The position numbers were made by a program, and so were the translations under genes. Below the pieces are notes generated by a model, which worked only from the letters and a program-made list of their open reading frames with translations, ran no database searches and had not been told where the DNA came from. A stretch of 59,564 nt of DNA, the filler included, from Bipalium vagum (Eukaryota), in assembly GCA_037834085.1 (NCBI GenBank). It is 3 parts of 3 records of this genome, joined end to end, with 100 filler letters (N's around TTAATTAATTAA, not from the genome) between each part and the next. Parts side by side here need not be neighbours in the genome. Positions count along the whole stretch, not along the records: positions 1 to 21,184 come from JBBMKC010240964.1; positions 21,285 to 38,343 come from JBBMKC010080490.1; 1 more part is not named here. One strand, given 5' to 3'. Below, one piece after another: positions 12,119-24,413 of the stretch (position 1 is the stretch's first letter; the number at the start of each line of letters is the position of its first letter).

Positions 12119-15100
12119 ATGAATAAATTTTCTACCTTTCTAAATAAGGTACAAATGAGTTCACCGTACAACGATGAAAATTTTCAGTTAATCACATCAT
12201 TGGTACAAAATTTTAAATTGTTGATAGTTTTTAATTTTGTTTAAGGAATTTTATAACAATGACATGTTTACAAATCAAAGAATCTTCATTTACAACGAAA
12301 ACTCTTTAAAGAACGAAAAACTTCAGAATATTTTATTAAAACTAAAAGCTGTCAGTTAATAAGAAAATGGATAAATTATTCATTACTTTGTTTAGGATGT
12401 CATTCATTCTTTTGATGATAAAGTTAATTATGTAATTACTTCTAATAAAAAGGTGAAAGACGAAATAAACTATTTTAATGAAGATTCTAAACATGAAAAA
12501 AATAACCTAAAGGTCAATGACACCAGTTCTAAGCCCAAAGTGAGCTATGTTGGACTTTCTATTAGAAACAGAATATGTAGTATTGCAGCGGAATCTAAAA
12601 ATGCTACCAATAAATTTGGATTAAATCAGGTAGTTATTCGTACTCTATTAATTTTACAAATTCATTATAAATATCAACATTTAAGAATTATCTTTTAGTC
12701 AGCAAATACGAGGATAGACAATCAATCAGGGTTTTTGCAGAAAGTGAAGAAATTGGGAATCAAAGTTTTGAGTATAAATGGTATATAATCTTCTCGATAT
12801 CGATTTGCAATTTTAATCTCAATATAGATGTTTGGAAATGGCTGCTCGAAAATTATCCGGTACTAATTATGGTAGGTTCATACTTGGTTTAACTTTATGT
12901 TACTGCTTTTGTAAATTTTATTTCATAATGTTTGAGCTTTGTCTAAATTTCACTGATGAGGATTCTGTAGGGATAATGATTAAATAAGTCAAGTTTCATT
13001 CTTCGAGATTTTTTCTTGAGAGCAATGTCAAGGTCTTTGGAAATATCATTGTACATTTCTTTTGCATTTTTAATGGGTGATTCTTCCAGTATAAATATTT
13101 CTAAAATCTTTCGATTTCGAATCAATTTCTTCAATAAACTTTATTTGAAATGATTTGTTGAATTTATTTTAAAATAAGGAAGGTGAAACTACTGAAGAAA
13201 ATCATTCCCTCGATGTTAAAAAAAAGATTCAAGCAATCAAAACACCCGCCATAAAGATCTTTGATAAACAAGGTCGATATAAACCTGAGTATAAGTCACA
13301 GACCAATTTGAATCGAGAAATGTGGGAGGAAACAAGTGGCTGTAATACCAGCAAAGATGAAGAATCAGGAGAAAAGGAACTGGAAATGAAAAACGACAGT
13401 TGTGTGTCCATATCAAAGAAATCTGTACAAGTCAGTTTAACTAAAGGACAAAACAAATCTGTGAAGGCACCAAAGGTGATGAATGAAGGTTATTGCGAAT
13501 GCTGTGATAGCAAATTCATGGATATCAAAACGGTAAGTTATCATACGAAATTAGCATATAATCGTTAATTTTGGAAAATCCTTACCCAGCATTTAGAGTC
13601 ATTTCAGCACCAAAAATTCGCTGATGACGCGGCTAATTTTGTCAGTATTGATGAAGTGTTGAAAGACTTTGTGAATTTCGAATCATTCTATAAAACTAGA
13701 ATGATGAAGCAGACTGTCCTGGAACGCCGGGCAAGTGTGAGACTCATTAAACAACTGTGAGAATTGTTAGAGATTATTTATATATTTCGTTAATGTTTAT
13801 GTAGATCCGTGAACGATTTCAAGAACGAGCAGCAAGTCTTAGAAATTAAAAAAAACGAAATAAAGATTGATGGAATCGTTGAGAAAGATTCTGTGGCTGG
13901 TTTGAGGTCCGTAAAATCGGAAAATAATAAAGACATTCTATCAAATTCTGTATCCAAAGTGAAAAGAAAAAAATTAGAAAGTTTATTGGAATCTAGTCAG
14001 GAAAACAGTGGAACCTTGCGTATCATGGAAAATGGAAGTGTCGCAAAATCAATGGAGATAGATCTACTGAAGAAATTTGAGGTGGATTTGGAAAATCAAA
14101 AGAAACAGCTTAGTCACGATTGGGGAAAGATGAGGTTGAAACCGATATCTTTGACTTTGAAAAAGTGTTACTTTGGGAAAATTGAAGAAATAATTTTTGA
14201 AGAGCAGTGTACAGAAATCGAGAGTGTACCTCATCAATACCCCCAGTCATCGTTAGAGTGGGGTCCAAATTTCGCTCAAGCAACAATAAGTTATCAATTG
14301 TACAGAGCTTGTATGGAAATATCATCCATAGAATTTCAGACTGTGCCTCTCTTGGAGCCAGTGTTATTTGTTCAAGCTAAAGAGTCCTTGTGTCCCATGA
14401 CAACTGGTCTGATCCACGCCGATAAAGTTTTAAGTACTCAACCACTCGTCTATTGCAGCAGCCTTGAGATATTTCAGGATCTCAGTGAAAAATGTTATTC
14501 ACTTGTCGTAGCTGATCCGATTTATCTTTCGTCGAAAACCTGCTCAAATAATGTCTTTCAAGCTCCAGTGGTAACTGTGGGGTTTCCGATAAAAGATCCA
14601 GATTCGCTTTCACGAATAACGCCGATGGAAGACGAATTTTATTTTGAAAAAGCTTTTTTGTCAACAGTTACTCTAGAACATCAACATCATTTAATCACGA
14701 CAGTTCAGTCGTCCCATCAACAGGAAATCCATCAATCAGAAGTCGCTTCCCAGTCAGATCTTCTCAATGATATCAACGAAAAAGATAACGAAAGTTTTTT
14801 TAACGAACGTCATTCTTCGTTGGATGATTCGATAGGTAGTTCTATAGAACGCTTGTCGCTGCGAAATTTTCGTTTTCTTCCAGATTCAATTCCCGATGAT
14901 ATCGAAGTTCCATTGTCTCCCGTTGTGTCCAATTCCCGATATTACGCTTTCTCCCCGCACATTCTTCGTTCAATCGATAAAAAATGTGAAGAAAACGACG
15001 ATAACAATTTTACTCCATCATACAACTATTCTCCCGATCGTTACAAGACTCATTTCACAGACTTCAATTATGATTTTTTGACCACCTCACCATCCAACAG

Positions 15101-15761
15101 TCACGTTAAAGATATTATCTTAAACAATTCCGATTTCAATTCACCGATAGAGCCGAAATCCAATTGTAATACATCTCTCTCGAAAATCTCTCCAAACGCG
15201 ATTGTTCCTGTTCCGCAGGCTCCTTCCAATCAGTTCGATGAAACCGACGACGATTTCATTATCGATCTAAGATATTTCCTGAACTCTTCTAATATCGGTT
15301 CAACGAATTGTGCATTTAATGTACTATCCAATCAAAAGACACCGTCACAGAAAATTGGTCATAAGCTAATTTCCATTGATTCCATTGTTCAGAATCGATT
15401 TCAAGATCGATTTAATGTCAATTTAAATTCATTGCGAGAAGTTACCAATCACAGTAAAATCGATATGAAGCCACCACGTCGAATCGGAAAAAATTTAAAA
15501 CGAACCAGACAGGAAATTGAGGCAGACGTTTCCGATTATCCAATCAATTCTTCGAAGAGAAAGAAATTAGACAAAAACTTGACATTTCCATCACCACTGC
15601 CGCCACCTGCACCTTCGCCAAAAGTTAAGCGGCAATCAAATATAACTAAAAAATGTGGTGATGAGCTTTCGCCCTCCATCAGACAAAGTCGACCGTTCAG
15701 ACAGGCAAAATCGATTGCTCGCCAATCAATACAAATCGCAACAGATTTCTTTTTCAATTAA
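12119..15761 (+). CDS. DBF4: DBF4/ASK-like Cdc7 kinase activator, 8 coding exons, ~1008 aa
   Basis: Exons 12119-12202, 12246-12350, 12396-12629, 12699-12780, 12828-12871, 13179-13532, 13590-13756, 13805-15761; all GT-AG and phase-consistent (3027 nt). Motif N/BRCT-like (FTNQRIFIY...LKADVIHSFDDKVNYVITS...KKLGIKVLSI), motif M (IKTPAIKIFDKQGRYKPEY), motif C zinc finger (GYCECCDSKFMDIKT|HLESFQHQKFADD). Confidence 0.9.
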
Positions 15762-16499
15762 AAAAATACCCAAGTACCGGACGTTTGTGATACATGCAAG
15801 TTTTCCAACCCTATTGGCATAAAAGACTGATATCGTTGATATTGGCAATGATGTTGGTGCTGGTGGTTTTAGTTATTGATGAATTTATTTTACTTTTGTG
15901 TCTTTTATTGTTTTCCCATCACACTTGTACGCGGGGGTTTAATGGACATCCCCAACGGAACCGAAAGAAAATTGCGCTAACCACACTGTTTTATATTGAT
16001 TATGGTAATAAAGTTCTTTACTACGATTTCAGTCATTATATGTCAGTGATTAATGAGAGAAAAAGTGCAAACGGGCTGAAAATTTTATCTATTTTTTAAC
16101 TGTAACGTCAGCGTTGAAATTGGAATCATTTGTTTAGTTTACCTGTATCATTATCGACAGTCGAAATATTTTTACTTCATTATTTAAATATATTGATTTC
16201 CATAATTATTGATTTTTATATAAAAATTAATTGTTTTTTTATTTTTAATAAGTAATTTTTCATTGTGCTCGCTAGTTTAGTTCAATTTATTTAATTAGCA
16301 AAATGGAAGATAAATTTTCTGAGATTTAAGATTATAAAAAAAATTAATGACTCAATAAAGAAAGTGCTTATTCAATATAAGTATAAAATGTTTTAAAATT
16401 AAAACCAGAGATTATTTACTATAATTTAAACTGGATAGACTGTTACAAGGGATTAGATGAAGATCACAACCTTTTAAATAATTGTTAATAGATTTTTAT

Positions 16500-17000
16500 T
16501 GCATATAGATATACCTTTTTTCTCATAAGAAACTTCTAATTCACTGAAGTACTTTTCTGAGGTAATTGTTTCACCTTGATGTATTTCTGAGCTAACTAAC
16601 CTTTTTTTAGTCTGATCGTTTCCTATAATCAAATAGAAACAATGGTTTATATGCGTTGCAAAAATATATCGGTTTTGTTTCTAGAGAGCAATGATGAATT
16701 TCATGAGGATCCATTTTATTATTTTCTTTGTCTTCCCAATAATCTTCAAATTTTTTGCAACGCTAATACCACGATCTTATGCAAGTTCTCTCAGTGTCAC
16801 ACGCGATTTTCTTAAAACGTGAGCATTAGGCTTTTCATTTTCCAATATGGTACCAGTATGTCCATGAATATCAATTTCAAGCGTTGTATCGACGAATTGA
16901 AATTTGCAAAACAAAAATTTAATTGTGCGATCCTTCACTGCATTTTGTCCAAATGTTTTTCTTCAGATTATCCAATTTTTATTCGTACGAAAATAGAAGA
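16500..17000 (-). mobile_element. Decayed mariner remnant
   Basis: Minus strand reads SRVTLRELA...KIIGKTKKIIKWI and QGETITSEKY; boundaries approximate. Confidence 0.55.
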
Positions 17001-19419
17001 AAAAATCCACTTTCCATTTTAAAATTAACCGTTTAATAGAGCTAATAAATTTTTATTTAGAAAAAATTAGATACTGAAAGTATAAAACTTACAAAAAATA
17101 TAAATATGAATATTCGTTAAAATCAATTTTGTTGACAGGTGACGAATCGAATTATTATTCAATTAAAATTAATAATTTTGCATAAAATTTAATATTTTTT
17201 TAAATTGTAAAATTATTTTAGTAAAGTTTATAAAAGATATTGCTTGTATTATTGAAATTTTCAACATGGTTTCTGACCGTTAAGTTAGGTTCTTTATTTC
17301 TTTTCTATGACTCAACTTATTCTTTGACCAATGTAAAATGTAAATCCAATAACACGTGGGAATGACAATAAGTCCTCTGTGCCATGGGTGGCCTTTAATG
17401 AAAGTGCTACTACTTTCATTCAATGTTTACAAATTCTAACTTTTCCAAAAATTTGGATTTTTTCAAAAGCGAACTTAGAGATATGAACAAACAAACTATA
17501 GGCTTCCATTAAATTGCTAATGAAAAACATGTTCAGTTATTTAAAGAATATGAATTTCCCTTGTTTTTATTTCAAAAATAATTTTATTAGTAAAAATATA
17601 TTATTAAAATTCAAGTTGGATGTTTATTTTTTTCAAAATCATCAAAGTAAACCCATGTTTTGTTACCTGTAATAATTTTGTAAATCAAATTAGATGAACC
17701 ACTAAAACAATAAAATATATATCTACATTTTGTCAGAAGAAAATCGGTTAGAAATCTAACTGGAACAACAAATATGAAAGTCCAAAATTTTTTGTTAATT
17801 TTTGAGTTGATGGATAGGTGGGTAGAGTAAGTCACTTTGTGACAAATATTTATAGGAAAATGAAATATTTCACAAAAATAATAAATGTAAATCACACAAT
17901 GGAATTATGCATCTACAATTACGTCAAGGACAATGAAGATGTGAGAAAAGTGAATACACTAGGTCAATTTCAATAAGAAAAGGGTTCTATTCTCCAAAGT
18001 CAGACATGTCGAACATTTATAATTGATGAAAGTTCTCACACCATTATATTCTAAAATATCTGAATGTAACTTGCAAATCATTTGCAATCAGAATAAATTT
18101 CGACAGATTGTCAGAGAGTCATTACTGACCAGAGGGAAGTAATGATCGAAAAGCAGAGACGTTTGCAAAATTAATAGACCAAGGCTCGCTAAATCCAAAG
18201 TTGACAATCATTTTTGAGAATTTATGTTTCGAAAGCTAAATGAAAACAATATTTGGAAATCATTCCTTAAATCTATGAAAACATAAACATGTTTCAAAAA
18301 TATTTGTCTTTTAATATATGTATGCACGTCTGATCCAAATTTACTTTAAAAATTCGATATAAAACAGTTTACATTAATAAAAATTAGAATTATATAGTAA
18401 TTAATCTTTAATTGGTTGTAGAAAAATCGGTTTTTATAACCGCAATGTCAAAGCCTGCCAAAGTGATGATTAGCTGATTTTCAAGACATTGAAAGCCAAG
18501 TTTTCATCAATAGCGTAGAAAATAAAATGTACACTGAAAATAAAGAAAAATAAATATATACAATAAATTTCTATATCCATTTATTTTGTTAATATATTTT
18601 ATTCAAAATTATTTACTGAAATGTTATGAGAGACCGAAGTAAGTTTAATTTGATGTACAGTGATTGATAATTATGATAAAAGGACCTCGAAAGAAAAAAT
18701 AAAAAACCTACGTTTGAATGAAAAGAAAATTCTGAAACATGTATATAATTATAAATATATAAATTATAAATATATATAATTATATTTGTAAAGATTCGAC
18801 TCTTTTTTTTCTAATGCTTACAAGAGAGAGACTTTTTGGCTCACCAACGCCGTCTGAAGAAGCTTAAATAATAAAATATTTACGAATAAAAAATTTAATT
18901 AACAAAAAGGTATATTTGTTATTACAGTAGGCACAGTCTATTTAACTTTACAATAGTTAAAAATATGATAATTACTTAATTAATTAAATGTCTTTAGCTT
19001 TCTGATAACCGAGTAATGCAGAAAATATTTGTATTCAGTTGTCTAGAGCGAAGCGAAATCGACTTGCAGGAAAACAACCAAAAAAATAAAAAAAATTAGA
19101 AATGACACGAATTAAAAGATGAAAAGTTTAACAAATATTTTCTTTTATTTCTTGAATCATTCAAAAAATTGCAAATTGAATTTAAATATTCAAATATAAA
19201 ATATATTAAAATAGTTGAAAATCCCAAAAATAACAAAAGAATTACTTACTCCATACCATAAAAAATCCTATTTGTTAAAATTAATTATAATAAAGTAGAA
19301 CAAATAATATTAACAAAGTTTATTATAACGAATGTGGTATATTAACATCTAAACCTTTCTGCTTTATATTTTCTGTTACTATTGGAGATTTCAGGTTTAA
19401 TTGACCAAAAATTCTCTTC

Positions 19420-19860
19420 TAATGAAAACCACAATTCGTTAGCATTTTCACATTTATTCCCGAGAGACGTGAAAAACCGATGTCGTTTGTATTTAAATCT
19501 GAAGACTGTGCTGATTGGTTAATAGTGGTTATGCTGGGAACAAGACTATCTCCGAAGTTATTATTCTTTCCAATGTGTGAGCTAGAATTGTCCATTTGCA
19601 CTGTCACATTCTGACACAACTGCACTTGGTTTCAAACTTTATAACTTTAATGGTCATCAAGTCAAATTCTTTGAACACTTGTATGTGGAATCTCAATCTC
19701 CTCAGAAATACATATAATGCTAGAGGATCTCCGCTTCGGAATCGATTTCACAATTCGTTGTCATCTGTCAACATATTTTGCGATATGCTTTCTTCCTAAA
19801 CCACTCTATGTCTATGCTATTTGTGATTTCCGATCCCAACTGTGGGCTAATATCTTGTAC
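19420..19860 (-). mobile_element. Decayed Tc1/mariner-superfamily (DD37D/DD41D-like) transposase fragment
   Basis: Minus strand reads IPKRRSSSIICISEEIEIPHTSVQRI*LDD (second HTH) followed by QMDNSSSH (QQDGAPAH-like). Confidence 0.5.
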
Positions 19861-21184
19861 ACAATTTCTTCGAAGATATATTTCTACATTCTTCTCACTT
19901 TGTCTAATACTTTAGCATCTCTTCTAAATATGATAATATCTTTTTGGCTGCCAAAGACTAGTATCTGTCTCTCTTCAAAGTTTGCTGCCTTCCCAGGTGT
20001 TTCAATGTATTCTTCTTCCAGATCTTTCTGGACCATTTTTTCAATACAGAATTCACGATCTTTTTTTAAATCTGGGTTAGATCAAAATAAAGGTTGCAGG
20101 ATTTTATAATTTTTTGAAATCATCTTCTCGTCTATAAACCTCTGAAATAAATCGATTCAGGATCTTTATCGACAGTTTTGTCACCATATGGTCTTTAATA
20201 GAACTCATTTCTTTAGGGAAAGACAGACAGATCTTTTAACATTTACTTAATCAAAAATCTGCCAAAATACCAAAAATTTAAAACCACTTCAATTATGAGG
20301 TAATTATTTATTTATTTTTTAATTATTCTCTAGTCACAATAAATCATAATTTTTACAATAGATGATAATTATAAATTGATTGTTATAGAATTTTGTTGGG
20401 AGATATTGAATAATAGTGACAGAGATTTTTCTCAAATGGGTAAATTATAAATTAAAGGTAATCGATAATTAATACATACATCGAAAAAATTTTATTATTT
20501 TAATATTTCAAAAAAATAGTGCAAGTTCAAATGACATTCTGAAAATGAATACAAGGTATTTTTTATTTGCTTTTCAATTGAAGACATGTGAATAGAGAGA
20601 TTTGATTATTTTCTGCTTAAGGTGAAGGCAAAGTGACCTTTAAAACATCATAGTCGATTTAGAAACCTAAAATTTGGATCTTTCAGATGCCGAACATCAA
20701 TCAAAAAATTTCAGAAGACCTTGAGAATTTGTTAAAAAAATCTATAATCTATAAAAATAAAAATCTATTTAGACCACAAGTAAAGCTAGATATGCAACCT
20801 GGAATTACACAACAGACCAATTTCCGCCGACATAAACAGCTATGAAGGATTCAAAAGATTTGCAGATGGGTGTCAAATAGTCCTTCTCTGAAGACCAAGG
20901 GAAGGCGATACTTTCATTTTCTTAATAAATTGATGATATTTTCCGAATTAGATTAAAAGAAAATAATTTAGTTAAATAAATATAAAATAAGTATGACCAA
21001 TTCACAGAATATATGAAATTGTTACATTTCTTTTTTAAAAATAATATTTAATTAATTAATTAATTGTCAAAATATTTCGTAATATTTCGTATATTTGAAA
21101 TATTAATATTTCAAAAAAAATTTTCCAAAAAATTTTTCCAAAAATTTTCCATTTGTAAAGCTGCCAAAATTACTTAGAAAAAAT

Positions 21185-21284
21185 NNNNNNNNNNNNNNNN
21201 NNNNNNNNNNNNNNNNNNNNNNNNNNNNTTAATTAATTAANNNNNNNNNNNNNNNNNNNNNNNNNNNNNNNNNNNNNNNNNNNN
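21185..21284. other. Assembly gap with artificial TTAATTAATTAA linker
   Basis: 44 N + TTAATTAATTAA + 44 N; identical construct at 38344-38443. Confidence 0.97.
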
Positions 21285-23550
21285 CTGTTTATAGCTGATA
21301 ATGACCGGAAACAAACAATGCTACTGGATCCACTACGCATTGAAAACTCAGCTGAACAGGTTGAATTCCATGGCAAACTTAATCACATGATCAACAAACT
21401 CAACAATATCCTTGATTTACCGGGATATATTGAACTGGCCATGATCGAAGAGAGAACACATCCACTCCAAACCAATACATACGATTGAGGAGTATTTGTT
21501 TGCCAGTATGCTAGAGACTATGTCTTCTCATGGGGCGAGACCATCTTTAGAAATCCGGAAGTAATGGAAATCAGAAACATAATTTCTCTGGCCCCACACA
21601 ACAACAACAACGCAGGCAAAACTGATAAAACCAATCAATCAATCCAAAGGAAAAAACCAGCAACTAACACTGGAACCAACGCAGGAACACAAATCCAAGC
21701 ATCACCAGCTATGAAATATGAGCAGAATTCAACATCCGAAATACTTGAAAACATTATCGATCGGATGAAACTGGGTAAATTAAACCCCACACAAGCAATA
21801 GACACTATAAAAGGCGCTTTTATCCAACAAAAGGAGCCAAAGATAAAAATACTCCGACTGGAAGAGAATCGATCCAGACTTTAAATTTCTGCTATGCTTG
21901 TACAACCAGATTCTGACATCTCACGAAATTCCAGAACAATGGCGATTATTTAAAACGCTCCTACTAATCAAGCCCAACAAACTTGACCAATCCGGCGACA
22001 TATCATCGTGGAGACCCATTGCTATTCTGGATACATCATACCGTATCTTTGCCAGAATTCTGAACTACAGACTCTTGGAATGAATCAAAATGGGCAACTT
22101 ATTGTCATCATCCCAAAAAGGCATCTTACACTCGGACGGCTGCAGTGAACACAATACTGCCATCAATTGTCTCACTGAAATTGTACATAGGCAGAATTAT
22201 AAAAAGGCAAGAAAAAAATGCAAATCTCCATCTATGCTTCCTCGATCTTGCCGATGCCTTCGGATCAGTCCCTCATGAGCTCATATGGAGAACTTTGGAA
22301 GAAATGGGACTGCAAAAAGACACGATCAGTCTTATACAAAATCTCTACCAGAATAACAGAACTTTCTACATGTGCAATCATATATGCACAGATCAAATCA
22401 ATATCAGAAAGGGCGTGAAACAAGGCTGCCCACTTTCGATGACACTATTCTGTCTGTCTATCGATTTCATTTTTCGGAAAATTGACAGTCTCAACTCTGG
22501 CTTTCCAATCGATAGCTATCAAATCTCGGCACTCTCATACGCTGATGATATTGTATTGATCTCAAATAACTTTGAAAACATCAACAAAATTATGGAAACC
22601 GTTGAAGACCTTGCAAATTGGGCAAATCTGGAATTTCGCTCCAACAAATGCGGTTACTATAGTATTTTGGAGCAATCAACGCCGACCTTGATGATTAAGA
22701 ATCAAGCAATACCTGTAATTGCTGGAAATACAAGGTATGAATACTTGGGAGTTCCATTTGGCGCAGAAAAAAGGCAAAATATTGATGGAATTCTAAACGA
22801 AAATAAAGAAAACTTCTCAAAGACGTGCCAAAGCCTACTTACACCTGCTCACCTACTTCTCACTGCAACAAAGAGGGCAGAATCAAAAGACACAATGATC
22901 TGATCAAAGAATTAATGCAGAGCCTCGGTAACAAGCCATATGACATCAACGTGGACAAGAAATGGAGCGAGATCAATATAAACCAAAGACCTGACCTGAT
23001 CATCACCATCAAGGAAAAAAAGCAAATATATCTCATCGATATCAAGTCTCCATACGATAAAAAGATCAACTTCGACCAGGCCAAAGAAGCTAACAAGGCA
23101 AAATATGAAACTCTGTGTCAGAAAATCGAAATGGACACCAAATTCACTACTTCTCTTGATGTCATCTCGGTTAAAGCATTAGGATCATGGAATCCAGAAA
23201 ATGACGCCCTACTCAAAAAACTTGGCTTTAACAAAGGCGAGATAAAGCAATTTGCCATCAATTCCATTCGATCAGCAATTAGAAATTCTTACGAAATCTA
23301 CCGGAAACGTCTCCAACAACGGAAAGTGATTCAGAGTGATTCGATACTTTAAAAAATTCTAATTGCTTAAAATTGTATTTGTGGCACAACAACAATAATA
23401 TTCAGCAGACAGCGAGGCTATTCCGTCAAAAGCATACAAACAAGAGTGCAGCAACTTCTTAAAAATAAGGGCATGTGGACCAAATATTAATATTTTTTGT
23501 GCATGGTCATATGTAGTATATATTTTTTAGTGTTTTCCATTTTAATAAAT
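21285..23550 (+). mobile_element. NeSL-clade (R2-group) non-LTR retrotransposon, copy 1, defective: Ulp1 protease + RT + restriction-like endonuclease
   Basis: Ulp1: LLDPL...QTNTYD*GVFVC. RT: WRPIAI, SQKG, FLDLADAFGSV, GVKQGCPLS, YADD, YEYLG. Endonuclease: HC...RHND, RPDL, IDIK, KY, LGSW. Stop at 23352, AATAAA near 23543. Contains stops, frameshifts and two internal deletions. Confidence 0.92.
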
Positions 23551-23744
23551 TATTAAAATTGCATTTAATAATGAATTACGTAAAAAATTATTTTAGAAAT
23601 TGAATTTACGACTAAAACACGAAACTTTTTATTTGAGTCTATTTCAATGGCCAGGTACTGTAATACTAGACGTTTCATATTAAAATTTTTGTTTATAGCT
23701 TGTTACAATAATTGTGACAAAGTTTTTATTGCGATTCGTATATA

Positions 23745-24235
23745 TATCAATATATCAATAATATAATATAATACTGGCTTGGAACCAAAGGCTCACAAGA
23801 CTAGCCTCGATCTTAAATAATATTACATTCCTTTTATTAAACAGGCGTGTCTTGTTAGACAAGACAGTTTGTAATAAATAAGTAACCTGAGGATTTAACT
23901 AAGGTTTTAAATTCCTATTCCTTAAACTTTTTATTTTATTTGTTCTTACTTCAAACACTAAGTAGGGTGGTGAAGTATATTTTTTATTCTTATATTGAGG
24001 ACCTCTGAGCCTAAGAGCGAGAGGATTTTTCTAAATAATAATTTTAATTAATAAAATCACTTTAAATCCTTTAAATCAGTCAAAATCGATATCACGTATT
24101 TGTCACTTTATTTTGAAATCGTTTTCTCAGTTATCTAACCGAACACAAAATAATCTATCTTCACTCGTTAAGACCTAAGCATCATAATAAGCTCCACTTT
24201 TAACACCAATCAACCCCACTTTTAGGATCTTAACA
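23745..24235 (+). repeat. LTR-end-like repeat, diverged copy of 26600-26929
   Basis: Shared blocks ATATCAATAATATAATAT, GAACCAAAGG, TCGATCTTAA, CAGGCGTGT, AATCGATATCA, TCTAACCGAACACA, GTTAAGACCTAAG; both copies end in TTAACA. Confidence 0.8.
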
Positions 24236-24413
24236 TTTCTATTTCTATGAAAATCATTATATTATATTATCTGGAATATTTCGATGATTTTTAATATGAG
24301 CATTGTAACAACAGTTACAATTATTTATTTTTGAATAAAAATCAGTAATTAGTTTTATTTGAAAACATTTATGACATACTTTGTTTTTATTTGAAAATTA
24401 AAATTTTTATTAT

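Noticed and set aside
12950-13010. CTGATGAG as a possible hammerhead ribozyme core or snoRNA box C
   Set aside because: No stem II followed by GAAA, and no flanking terminal stem with a box D.
15794-16099. Hydrophobic 101-aa ORF just after the DBF4 stop
   Set aside because: Lies in the probable 3' UTR; hydrophobicity is explained by T-rich composition; no motif.
21229-21240. Palindromic TTAATTAATTAA inside N runs (also 38388-38399)
   Set aside because: Identical 44N-12-44N construct with stops in all six frames; a scaffolding linker, not biology.
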